Assembly (NCBI GenBank): GCA_030141605.1
Contig: JAQGDQ010000571.1
Location: forward strand, 74,518 to 138,517
DNA from: Tubiluchus corallicola
Taxonomy: Eukaryota; Animalia; Priapulida
Length of the DNA stretch: 64,000 bases
Direction: 5' to 3'
A program made the translations under genes and the position numbers. Of the stretch, positions 25,725-37,803 are shown piece after piece. The notes under the pieces were generated by a model. That model searched no databases. It saw only the letters and a list, made by a program, of their open reading frames with translations, and was not told where the DNA came from. Each line of letters starts with the position of its first letter. Positions within the stretch are counted from its first letter, which is position 1.

Positions 25725-25780
25725 AAGTTACTATATATTAAAACCTTTAAAATTTAATTATTTTATTCTTTCTGTTTCAG

Positions 25781-25974
25781 CAAACTGCAAGTGTGGCCCT
25801 GTGTGCAAATGTGGCGACCTGTGCAGGTGCACGTCAGACGGCAAATGTGGCTGCAACTGCAAATGCGATCCATGCAGCTGCAATCCGTGCAGTTGCTGCA
25901 ATCCCGACAGTGTTTGCTGCCAGACTGGGTGCAAGTGTGACAACTGCGCATGTGCAAGCTGTCCGGGGAAGTAG
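25781..25974 (+). CDS. MT: Metallothionein exon 2 (Cys-rich body)
   Basis: tttcag acceptor; SNCKCGPVCKCGDLCRCTSDGKCGCNCKCDPCSCNPCSCCNPDSVCCQTGCKCDNCACASCPGK*; 22 Cys, no aromatic residues; AATAAA at 26063-26068. Confidence 0.92.
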
Positions 25975-28900
25975 AGCAGATGAAGAGGCAATAGGGTTAC
26001 CTCCTCTTCGGTTTACGAATGACCATGTAAAGAATCAGTACAGCAGTGTTATAATTATGTCAAATAAACTGTGAACGAGTGAACAGTATATTTTTGTACA
26101 CAACAATAATATTTCTTATGATTATGACATTGTTTGATACACAACAATAGCATTGCTTATTATTCTGACATTGTTTTATGTATGGTATTCCTAACCATGT
26201 ATCTAACTGATTTAGTTCTACATACGTACTATATTATTTCCATAACAGCTGTAATTTTTATATATATATATATATGTATGTATTTCTCTGTTTACGTTAT
26301 CTCATCTTTAAACTGTTTTTCATTTAAATTATTGTCACATCTGTTTCGAACATCATTATCATTAAAAAACATTTTGAAAGTTATACTAAATTGGTAGAAA
26401 AATGGATTTTATCACTGACTCAACTACGAATAGTTAAAATATATTGTTGGTGGTGCTGACATCTTTTGCTTAAAAAGTAAAACTTTATCACTCCTTTTAA
26501 AGGAAATGCAGAAATTGAATTTTACTTGAATGAGTTTATTCATTGTGCCCGTGTATAGCTTTACCAAGCTGTGCTGATGCTTAGTCTAAACATGAAGCGA
26601 TTAAAATAAATTAATGCATTAAGTAGCTCTTGACATTTCAAAACCTATTGTTATTTGATGTCTGACAGACCAAGTTCATGCGAAACTGTATTTAGTAGTC
26701 CATTATACACATGCAACTGACTGAGCCATAAGTAATGGCTACGTTTTTCATTTCAACTTTTACTGATGTTTTGGAACGAATAACGTTTCACTAATAAACA
26801 TGGAAAGAACTGTAATTAAATTGTAATAATTGTTTGTATGCGATAATTAAGGACATTAATCGTCGCGCTGCACAAATTCTTCAGTAAGCATTACATCTCA
26901 AATGTATGTTATGGAGGTAAACCTTTTGTATGTCTGTAATATTTATGTAATCATCAATGCTAATCCTAAAGAATTTTAAGATATGTTTGCTTTCAACTTC
27001 TTTCTTCATGATTAAGCACACATGTTTATCCACTTTTTGCTTATTAATTTTAATTTTTAATTAGTTATTAATTTATTTTTTACTTTTCTTCTTTGGTTCT
27101 AGGTCGTAACCATGACATTAATTTTAAATACGTAAATTTTAACTTAATATTTAAAGATATTAACGTTTATCTCTTCTTTTCCATTATAGAATTTTGTTTT
27201 ATTAGAAACTAACATATTTGTATAATAATTTAACCAACAATCGTCTAGAATGCTAAATCTGATAATTTTTAATTACTTTGTACATGCGCGTTAATTAATT
27301 ATATTAGTAACAATTCTGAGAGGGTTGCTGACGGCGATAACTCATAATACTTTCGCCACGCTTTCATCACTAATCAATAGTTTCTTTTGCACTTTGTAAT
27401 ATTATTGTATGTTGTACAGATTTATAAATCACTTAAATATGTATTTTGCTATTTTAAAAATGGTGATAAACTAATAAACTTACATACGTACTTAATGCTG
27501 TGATATGCTGAGTTTAATACTTACGTGTTTTAATTGTTATGTTCCTTTGTGAATAATAAATACATTATATACTCAACCACTATAAATCAATGTTCAACTT
27601 TTTCTTATTCTTTCATTCCCTCTCTTTCGCTTTCTTGCAAAGAATTATCTCGAGCAGTAAATATCTTACACCAAGTGGAAAATTTTGCCAGTGGGAAATA
27701 GGAAGGAATAGAATATTGGAATCGACTTGGATAAAATCAGGGAGTTGGGAAGGTCAAAGGTCACTTGTTGCTTTTTTAAATATCACACGTATATCAATCA
27801 GAGTTTGCTGTTGTTGGGATTTTATTGTGGTCGCAACCGCTAGATGGCAGTCCATATTGTTGTGGAGTTGGCTTCTCAGTAGTTCGTTATTAGTTGTTAC
27901 TTCTTAAATGTAACCAATTTTCACATACCTGATAACACTAGTATTAAAACCAAATTAAGTACTTCAGATAAATAATATTAAAAAACCCTTTTAATCCACG
28001 AGTTAATTTGACAAAATCTGTGTATTTACAATATTTCGTACAACATGTTGCAAATATCCCTATCTCTTACAGGAAAGATCGTTCTTATATTCCTAGCTGG
28101 CAATTTTCTCATGAGATTACTTCTATCTATTAAATTTAGCAATGTACATTAAAAAATTAGATGTTCTTGTGTTTGAACAAATGTATGATCACAATTACAA
28201 CAATCAGTATTGTTTTCCCCAACTATATATATAAAAGAGCGTGTGTCTCTTTATAGCAACAAATTAAGTGCTATCATTTCTACATCACGTAGTCATGATT
28301 ATTAAGTCTAGAGGTGACAATTTTGGTGAAATAACATCTGCAGATATGCCATTAATCTGATTTGAATATTAAATTTTTTTCTTCCACACAGTTTTCACAA
28401 ATTTTTCTAGTCTAATTTGTTGTAAGTAAAATATTCAGAAGAAAACTCACTTTGGGCTTCATTTCTGAAATTACTGTTCTTACTAATTTTTAGAAGATAT
28501 TTTGTCATAGCTAAGTGAGACTTCATAAGATGCAGGTTATTTCGGTAGTTTTGCGGCATCTCCTCACAAATGCTTATTTCATCTTTATGTAGCTTGTGGG
28601 TGCTAGCGACACCTAGTTAACGTTTGTGAAAGCTTCTTGGTTCAACTTTTTTAACTTTGTCATTCATTACAGCCAATCAGATATCAGAAGCCAACTTTGG
28701 GGATAGTCACATGACTTGACCTGTTTTACCTGTTCATACTCACACGGACTATGGCTTTTTCTTTTTGCCGTAGTTCTGATGAATTTATTAAATACTGTTT
28801 TGTTATCCAGGAAGCCATTTTAATCATCAAATTGTAAGCTCTGTTAATTAATTTAGACTAAATTATCTTGATCTTGTAAATTAACGCAATAATCTGCCAT

Positions 28901-29974
28901 TTTTGCTGTAGATCAGAAATCGATTTTTGACGTCATATTTTTACTTACCTGCTGTTATTTTCACCTGTCAATCTGTTAAGTATTTTTCCACCGTTTGCTT
29001 CTTTTTGTTGTTGAATCACATCATTATACTGAATAAATTAATTTCAGGTTTATCACACCAGGTAGCGCAGGAGTTGGGCGCATCCACATAGGTCCTCTCC
29101 TAAACGACTCACACAGTTTTCATGATAAACTTGATTGCAATGCTATCATAGACTATATGAGATGGCGGAAACTCACAAACAAATTGAATATCTGTTTTAC
29201 GTGGGTTGTACCCTACAGCTGTGGCAGATCTCAATTCTAACTCTCATTATTAATATTTACATTATTTTTTTAAAATATTAATAAAAACAATAACGACGTC
29301 ATTGACAAAACTATTCATTTAATTTATTACATTTTTGAATTGTTCTGATAATATAATAAAACGATTGACAGCTATATTCGAAAAATGGTTATTGTGCGAA
29401 AATCACCTTATTCCAACTTTCACGTAAAATTATGAATCAATTTAAAATCGCGTTCATTTACTGCAATTTTGCTGCAAATGTTTAATTTTGTCACAAACTA
29501 CATAGTTAATATTAAGCCAAAAAACTCTCAAGGAAAAAACTAAGTGAGATAAGATTTTCTCATAAACAGAAATACTTTGCACAACAGTATGGTCAAACTT
29601 AACCGTGATAATATAACTGCTTTGATTCAAAAATTTGAAAATTATTTTCTAATGTTTAAATTTAGTAAAAATAATTTATTTTATACCAAGATTAATAAAA
29701 GTTTTTCTAATTATGTGAATCAGGGACCAAATTGGTTGCATCTATCAATAATATTTTTTATACACCAAAGTTGAAGTGCCTTGATTGTAACATAATTAAT
29801 TACAGTCCTAATAATTTCTTTTAATTGCTTTAATAAAAGTTGACAACGTTTTAGGTGATAAAGAAATAAAACGAACAACGTCGGCGATCACGTTAGCAAA
29901 ACTGTACAGACGCTCCCATGATGGAATGTGATGAAGCGAGGATACCTGGTGCCATCTACAGGAAGAAGTGGAAA

Positions 29975-30007
29975 TTATCTTCTCGTCCAGTATAGTTCTT
30001 GATTTGC
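29975..30007 (-). CDS. Candidate last coding exon of the NPY/NPF precursor (ANQELYWTRR*)
   Basis: Minus-strand acceptor ctctcttcag, phase 0, short Trp-containing C-terminal flanking peptide; alternative exons not excluded. Confidence 0.5.
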   Translation of the reverse strand, partial: ANQELYWTRR

Positions 30008-31815
30008 CTGAAGAGAGATTATTTGCAAGAAAGATTAAATGTAATTAGTTCATTAAAATATGCTTGCAAACCAAAACCGTCCATAAAGCGGCATAGTTAA
30101 AACTACGCTACGATGCTTCAATGTAGAAAGCACAAAAAAAATTGGTCACATGTCGGTTTTTTTATCAAAACAAATGCTAAATATATCGGACTTTTATATT
30201 CTAGCAGGAAAATGTCAGGAAAATGTCCAAAAAATACTGAAAATGTAATTCTATAATTCCTTACCCACCTTTCTGTCTAGAAACTAGTACTGAAATTGTA
30301 AAAAACTCCCATTTTCAAACTCCGATAGTAGTTCATGGAAGCAGCTATTTTGCTTCGGGCTTTTTCTGTTGACAAGACCAGATCTTCGTCAGGAAGGGCC
30401 ATCTACTGGATTTAAACGTAACTTCATTTTGCTCTTGTAAAATTCGTAGCAACCACACTTTAGTACGGTTGCTAAGTGGTTTGTAGAGACGCGACAAAAA
30501 CACTAGATAACTTTAGTAGGCTACATTTTTCAGTGCGTGACGTGCACCGCAACTTCAATGTGGATTATCTCAGCTTAGAAATAACATAGAGCGATGAACT
30601 TGGTATCAAAATGATCCTCATGAAATGGAGATTCGGGATATGTGAATAACTAGAAAGCCTTAATTGCCGATTTATGGACGATTTTGCTATAGAAGCACAC
30701 TTAAACGAAAAGCTTAATAGCTAAGTCCAGATTTTTGCGATATTTTTATGCTCATATTCATGTTGTTTCTTCGTGGTTTCCTGCTTGGACCGTGTCCAAT
30801 GATCTTCCACGCTTCCAATTTTTCGATTCTTTTGCTTACAAATCTTAGAAGTGATTATTTATGTAAAAATTGTTGTTTGAATAAAGTAGAGGATGAATTG
30901 CATGCAATGACTGAATACGGCCAAAGTGTACCAACTTTCAGTATTCGTCTCCTAATGAGACGCTTGTGTTTTTAAATTCGTCACAAGATGTAGAAATTAT
31001 AATACTTGATGCTGATTGGTCCAGAAAATCTTTGAATGCAGACCTGACTGAAATAACTCAGAGCAAGCCAGACTGATTAAATGCAATAATTGTAGAACAA
31101 TAAGTCTAAGCTATCAATCACGTTTTATACACACACATATATATATATGTTACTTTGTTGTACGTGTTTATGTACCTGATCCATTATACCATAGACATGT
31201 AGTTTTCTTTGTACTGTTGTAGCCTGTTACTTTTTTATGTCTAGTGTATACAATTTTTGCCACTTTTGTATTCTGTTGTATTGGTCAATAAACAACATAG
31301 GTGTTTTACCAATTAGTAAACAAAACGTAAAGTTTCTTTAAACATATGTATTTGATATTACAAATGATAGAAATGATGTTAAAAAATGTTAACCCTATTG
31401 CTGTTAAAGAGTAAAACTAAAACTATTTAAAACTGCGAAGTCATAGAATCCAAATTTTTGTGCGCATCTAACACGTATTTAATACCAACAATCTAATGCA
31501 TCGTAATAAGTAAATGACAGAGCTATGTATTACATTAACGAGAACGAGAACGAAAATGATTAAAAGAAAGGGCATCACGGCGAAATGGGTCTGTTTATAA
31601 GGGTTACATCGTAAGCGAATGACCCAGTTATTTGAAACGTTCGTCTGCGTGTAAAATAAAGCCACAGAATGTTGTACTGGATACTCCGCAAAGAAGACAA
31701 ATCTCACAATTTTAGCAATGGATAATTTTTTAAATTTGTTAAAATAATAGCTGCTAAATCTAACGTAACTTAAGAAAAAAACATCAAACACATCTGAAAA
31801 AATATATTTTCCTAC

Positions 31816-31843
31816 CTCGTCGGGTTCCATTCGTTTACCATAC
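31816..31843 (-). CDS. NPF: NPY/NPF precursor, 28-nt exon encoding (R)YGKRMEPDE
   Basis: ttttattttag|G TAT GGT AAA CGA ATG GAA CCC GAC GAG|gtagga; completes the split Arg codon and gives the amidation and cleavage site GKR. Confidence 0.85.
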
Positions 31844-31994
31844 CTAAAATAAAAAAAGAAAGTACCGTGATAACCATGATCGTGACTATTTAATGTAATG
31901 TCTTATTTTTCTGTATTTTTACTGTAACTAACATCTAGGGCCTTTATGAAACGTTGTTCGTATGTAACTATTTTTAAAGTGAAGCATAAATTTC

Positions 31995-32401
31995 GTTAAA
32001 CTTTCAAAGCTACGCACGGCTCAGTGAATCTACTAAGATTGGCAACGGCGTCTTTTTGTCACATGCGCGTGGCCGAAAAATGGAAGGCGGTACCGTGATA
32101 ACCATGACTGCAGTGTTAGTTTCTGACGTTATATGAGGTAGAGCCCATTTTCGGGACTTCACGCGTTGAAGGAGTAACACTTACGCAAACGTGCTTGACG
32201 CGCAAGGGAGGATGCCTGCCATTGCAGAAACTGTGGTTAGTTTCTGACGTAAGCAATAGCTGTGTTCAGTTACTGTTAATTAACTTTCTAAGCTAATTAT
32301 TCAACTATAAGAAACAATTGCTAACATTATAGGCAAAAAAACGTATATTTTGGATAGTGAATTAAAATGAGATTGAATCTAAACAATCGTCCAGTCCTCC
32401 T
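31995..32401 (-). mobile_element. Kolobok-like MITE family A, minus copy
   Basis: Reverse complement of 8782-9190; ends ccagtcctcct-ttaa. Confidence 0.75.
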
Positions 32402-33106
32402 TTAAAACTCGGTCGTTTTATTACATCTGCATTGTGAATTCCAAGATTTCAGCAAAATCAATTCCAATGGCGCATAAAGTCATTCAGCATGGGCTAATAG
32501 TCATAAATGGTCACTAGACAAACTGATCTCGCTTATTGCAAATCGAACTTGTGCCAAATGTCGTGACTCTGCAAATATTTTTACAACGTTGTAGCAACCA
32601 ATTACTATTCTTGAGACTTCAATATTACTGTAGCAATGGTTGCTGTACGGAAGGGTTAAAGCGCCCAAAATTCGCTGTAAGTTTAAAGCTATCTTATATA
32701 TATATATGTAATATATAATAATCTTTATTTGCCATAAAAAAATCAATATTCATAACTATAAAAGCATAAAAGAACATCGCAGCATGAGAATAAAATTCAC
32801 ACAACTGTAAAAGGCAAATGCGTCCAGTGCAAACTAAAAACTACTGTTCCAAAAATTAAAAACAAAATATACATTATAATGTTACACGAAGATTATAATA
32901 GACTATATACATACAATTTAAAATGGACGTGGGTAAATAAAATTTGCGGATGAATATATATTATCGTTTACGTATGTAGGGTTTTCAAAACGATTTAATG
33001 TATGTATTTTTAATTTTGATTTGAATTTGTCAAAAGACTTACAGATTTAAAGATTTGTTTTAAATTAGAAGGCAAGGTATTTCAAAGTGTATTCCAGGGT
33101 ATTCAT

Positions 33107-33597
33107 TAAACTGTAGGTCAAAACAATCTACTCTTTAAAATATTGAAAGGAAACATACTATTTCTGTCAAAAAAGACTTACGGGGAAGAATTATTACCAC
33201 ACAAACACAATTAACGTTCGCGCCACTAGTTCTTCACTGTTACATGCATTTCGCCATTCGCTAGTTAGGCGGGCACTAGCGCCTGCATTTCGAAAACGCA
33301 TTGCACGCAAAACAGGCGCTGTACCGCACACGTTTGACAGCTCATGCGTGAGTGGAGCGATAACTTTCAAGTTTAAATTTTTATCTTAAAACTTCCGTAG
33401 TTTAGCACAGCACACTGAACATGTTACCGTAGCACTGTAGCTTAAATTGTCGCTTTCGCAAACACGTGCAACACACTCGTAAAGTATTTTTGATGTTGAA
33501 AATTATGCTAGTTTGTGATGTCATCAACAGTTGGGTTCGCCCGACATTAATTAAGTTTTTAATCTATTATTTAATTATCAGAAACACCTTTACAGTA
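33107..33597 (+). mobile_element. Kolobok-like MITE family B, truncated at both ends
   Basis: aaactgtaggtcaaaacaatctactctttaaaatattg...aattatcagaaacacc shared with the 47735 copy. Confidence 0.75.
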
Positions 33598-33599
33598 TT

Positions 33600-33830
33600 A
33601 GGTGTATATAAACAGTATGCCTGTATAATCCTGCATGCCTCAGTAATTAACTATAAGACCATTTTGGGTTAGTTCTTTAACAATATCTATATACATTTTA
33701 ATTACATTAGTGTCTCTCTTTCTGTAAATAGTGCGAATATCATTATTTTCTAAGCCGCGCTCAAGATTCTCTCTTACATCGTGTCTAACCAATGGTAATG
33801 GACAATGAAAAATTAGATGTTCTGGGGTTT
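33600..33830 (-). mobile_element. LINE 3' fragment
   Basis: TPEHLIFHCP zinc-knuckle remnant followed by a short C-terminus (ORF 33640-33843). Confidence 0.5.
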
Positions 33831-33977
33831 TGTACCTATGCAAAATGTGTACCTATGAAACCATGTACCTATGTAAAATGTGTACCTATGAAAACATGTA
33901 CCTATGCAAGATGTGTACCTATGAAAACATGTACCTATGCAAAATGTGTACCTATGAAAACATGTACCTATGCAAAG
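33831..33977. repeat. Minisatellite, 33-bp (17+16) unit built on tgtacctatg
   Basis: Direct reading. Confidence 0.9.
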
Positions 33978-35084
33978 TGCACCAAACGTTTACAGTCCTG
34001 AAGGATTTAACCAGTAGGTCTAAAGCTCCTTTTACTTTCTAAAAGCTTTAGCTGTGTTATTATATTTAAAAAAAGAACAAGAGTCCCACTGTGGTTTAAA
34101 CATATCATTCACGACTCACCACGAAACTGATGCATAAGAGACCGTCACTGAAACCAATGAATGAAATGATCTACAGCCAGTGAGTGTAATTGTTAAATGT
34201 CTGTATAAATATAGTAAATAGGTCTAGCGAATGCATAGTAAACGATCTGTTTGGAAGAACCACCGTTCTCCAATGTCACGTAGAACGCCAATGTAGATAA
34301 TTTTGTTTTTGCGCAACAAAGTTGCGACTTCCATTTTGCAGAATTGAAAAACTAGCCGCGGATAGCTATCCGACCGTGCAAACGATTTCGGTAGGTTGTC
34401 TTTTAAAGCAAAAGCCAAGTCTCTCGGCTGGAAGTTGAGCTTATTTTAATACTTGAGAAAAGTGTTCAAAAGTTTCAGCAATAAAATTTTGATAGGTATG
34501 TCTTGTAATTAGTAAAATCAATTTAAATGTCGCTATCACTTCAAGCTTGGGTGTGCTCATTTTGAACGAAATATGACGTCATCTGGTTACATGAATATCT
34601 GAATGAATTGCAGAAGCTTTGTAATGCGTTCTTTCCACCAGGTTGGGTCATTTTTTAACCAAGCCCAGCGGAGTTCGGTTGGCAGGAGATCGAATAATTT
34701 AAATTTATTTTTTTCATTTTTGAAGCAAAACATTTTATGCCCGTATATTACATGGTAATTTCAACATTTATAAGTGTAAAGTAAAATACAATGAATATTG
34801 TTCGATGCTTGGTTTTATCTTTAAAACAAGATGCGGACGGGTTTGTAAAACCGTTAAGGTTTAGCCAAGCCATGCCAAATGCAAATAAACACAATATGTC
34901 TACTATAAGATTTTGAAAATAGAACAGAAGAGTGTAGTACATTGACAGGCTTCTGGAATCCTTCATACCGCCATTAATGTATGTGACACTTAGCTTTTGA
35001 ACACAAGTCTTAATACAAGACAAAAGTTTGGGCCAGTAATGATGCCCTGTGGTAACCTTGTGGTATACACCGTGACAAGTGTAT

Positions 35085-35475
35085 AATACTGTGACAAGAG
35101 AAAAGTGTAGGAGCAGAAATGACGCCCTGTGGTAATCCTGCAATCGCTATTACTGTATGTGCACGATTCTTTACTACACCATTAGCCTCTGAAGTCAGAA
35201 TACTGTGACAAGAGAAAAGTGTAGGAGCAGAAATGACGCCCTGTGGTAATCCGGCAATCGCTATTACTGTATGTGCACGATTCTTTACTACACCACTAGC
35301 CTCTGAAGGCAGAATACTGTGACAAGAGATTATGTGCAAGCAGAAATGATGCCCCGTGGTAACACTGCAATCGCAATTACTGTATGTGCACAGTTATTTA
35401 TCACACCTCTAGCCTTTGAAGTTTGAATACTGTGTCAAGAGAAAATTGTGGGACAAGAAATGAAGCCCTGAGGAA
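35085..35475. repeat. Tandem repeat, ~123-bp unit, ~3 copies
   Basis: aatactgtgacaagagaaaagtgtaggagcagaaatgacgccctgtggtaatc recurs. Confidence 0.85.
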
Positions 35476-36041
35476 TTCCAGCCGTCATTATACAAAATGT
35501 GTGCTATTCTTGCCCCATATAATGCGTTCAAGGAGGCCACTCCAAGAACAATTTTTGCCCATTAACTAACACGAGCAAATATGTATTAACCAATGTAATA
35601 TACCGTATAAGCTTGTGAATAAATATTCTGACCTCAGTTCCTGAATGTTATAAAATTTAATGCCCATTGATTTACTTCTATTTTACTTGTCATGTTAAAC
35701 AAGTTATTTCACTTGTATTTTAAAAATTGTAGTTTGCCTTGCATAATTTATATGCCAATATGCTTTTAAATTTTGAGCTATACACTTATTTTTCCTTTGC
35801 ACTTTTATTTTTTCTATTCATTTGTGAAATACATTTTTATAAAAATGGAAAGGTGGCAGTCTAGTAGCGCTTGAATGCTGACCCTTTGACATTAATTAGA
35901 CTACAGGAATTCTAAGTCACACTAGTAACATACATTTATTTAAATAAAGCTAAACTTTTCACATACAATCTAAACAATTTATCCTCGAGTGACTTAACAC
36001 TCTTTCTACTAAAAATATTACGGCGATAACATCTGAATGCA

Positions 36042-36595
36042 TCTGATAACATCATGTAAAGATAATAACGGTCATCCAATATTGCCGAATTGTAACTGTG
36101 GATTTCGATTTGAGTCTGTTGAACACTTTTTGTTGTACTGCCCATTGCATCAACTAGCTAGGGTTGTTATGTTTGATAAATTAAATGCAATACTTCTGCC
36201 CGAAAACCTTAGTATAGTTGTCTTAGGAAATAATGATCTGTTGAAGTTGTTATTATTCGGTAAAGATGAATTTAACTATGTTACTAACTGTAAAATATTC
36301 CAATGTATACATGACTTTATATTATGTACTAAACGCTTCCAGTAGTTCCTATCTGATATAAAATGCATCATTCTTAAATAATCGTACATTAATATTTACT
36401 AACCGTCATTTTTTACTAATGTCTAATGTATCACTGTAGTAAAACTTTAGTATACTAAAGTATACTAAAAACTAAGTATAGTCTATTCTTACTGTAAATG
36501 TTCTTGTAAATAGTGTACAAAATCTGTTGTGGTGAGGATCTTAAATCATGTTGTACAAACTGTCTGATCTAATCCTAAATAAGTTATGTTTAAAC
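36042..36595 (+). mobile_element. 5'-truncated CR1-group LINE 3' end with 15-bp TSD
   Basis: PNCNCGFRFESVEHFLLYCP...LLFG...IHDFILCTKRF; taacatctgaatgca at 36027-36041 and 36596-36610. Confidence 0.8.
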
Positions 36596-37298
36596 TAACA
36601 TCTGAATGCAGCTAAAAGGATTCAAGGAAGGGAAGGACAGTAGAATAACTTTTAATACATAGAGGACTGCGTACCAAAATTTACTGAGTGTTAACGTTAA
36701 GCTTCATACAAATGAAATTATAGGCCTTTGGACCTTGTGTTCCATTGCTGCAAAATGAGGAAACGAAATGTGGAAACGAAGAGGCTCTCGAAGAACTGGC
36801 ACGAGTTGACAAGCTATGGCTTCTTCAATGCCACACGTGCACCGTGAATGAATCTCAGTTTGCGCAATGAGGGCTAACTTATCGAATAATGTCTTAAAGG
36901 CGTTTAATGGACAATTTATGTATAGGCTGCTTTAAGTGGCCTCTAAGGCTATATGGCAATTTAAGAACGCCGTTATGATAAAGACAAGCTATTAATGGCG
37001 AATATCCGTACGCGTTTATTTTCCAGTGTTGAAAGAGTTAGAGGAGAATTGTGAATAGTTTTGCCAAGCAAGACTCTTAATGAAATGACAAAACCTCCGT
37101 TATTCTTTGGATATTCGCAATGTGCTAAGGTTTCGACATGAATAATGAATGAAGTAGAATGCGTTTAATACATAGTTCATAGCTCATAGATTTGAATCTA
37201 AGAAGAATTAACAGCGTAACTGCATTGCTTAGCTTTGCTTTGCATAAGTCTTGTTTCGATTGGAAGAATTCTTTGAAAAATTAAATGGGAGAGTGAGT

Positions 37299-37575
<277 letters not shown>

Positions 37576-37772
37576 ACGAAAGGGATAAAAAAGCTGCTTG
37601 AACGAAATGTGCATGTAACTGGAGCGAGAATGACACAAACGTCAAGACTAGTTTAGTAAATGATGTTTATTAATATGATTAATAATAAAATTAATTACAT
37701 TTCTTCGTTGACTTTTGTGTCATTCTCACTCCGGTTACATGCACATTTCGTTCAAGCAGCTTTTTTATCCCT

Positions 37773-37803
<31 letters not shown>

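Noticed and set aside
31468-31815. Rest of ORF 31468-31830 as protein
   Set aside because: Only MEPDE is exonic; a gtagga donor follows and the rest is AT-rich intron
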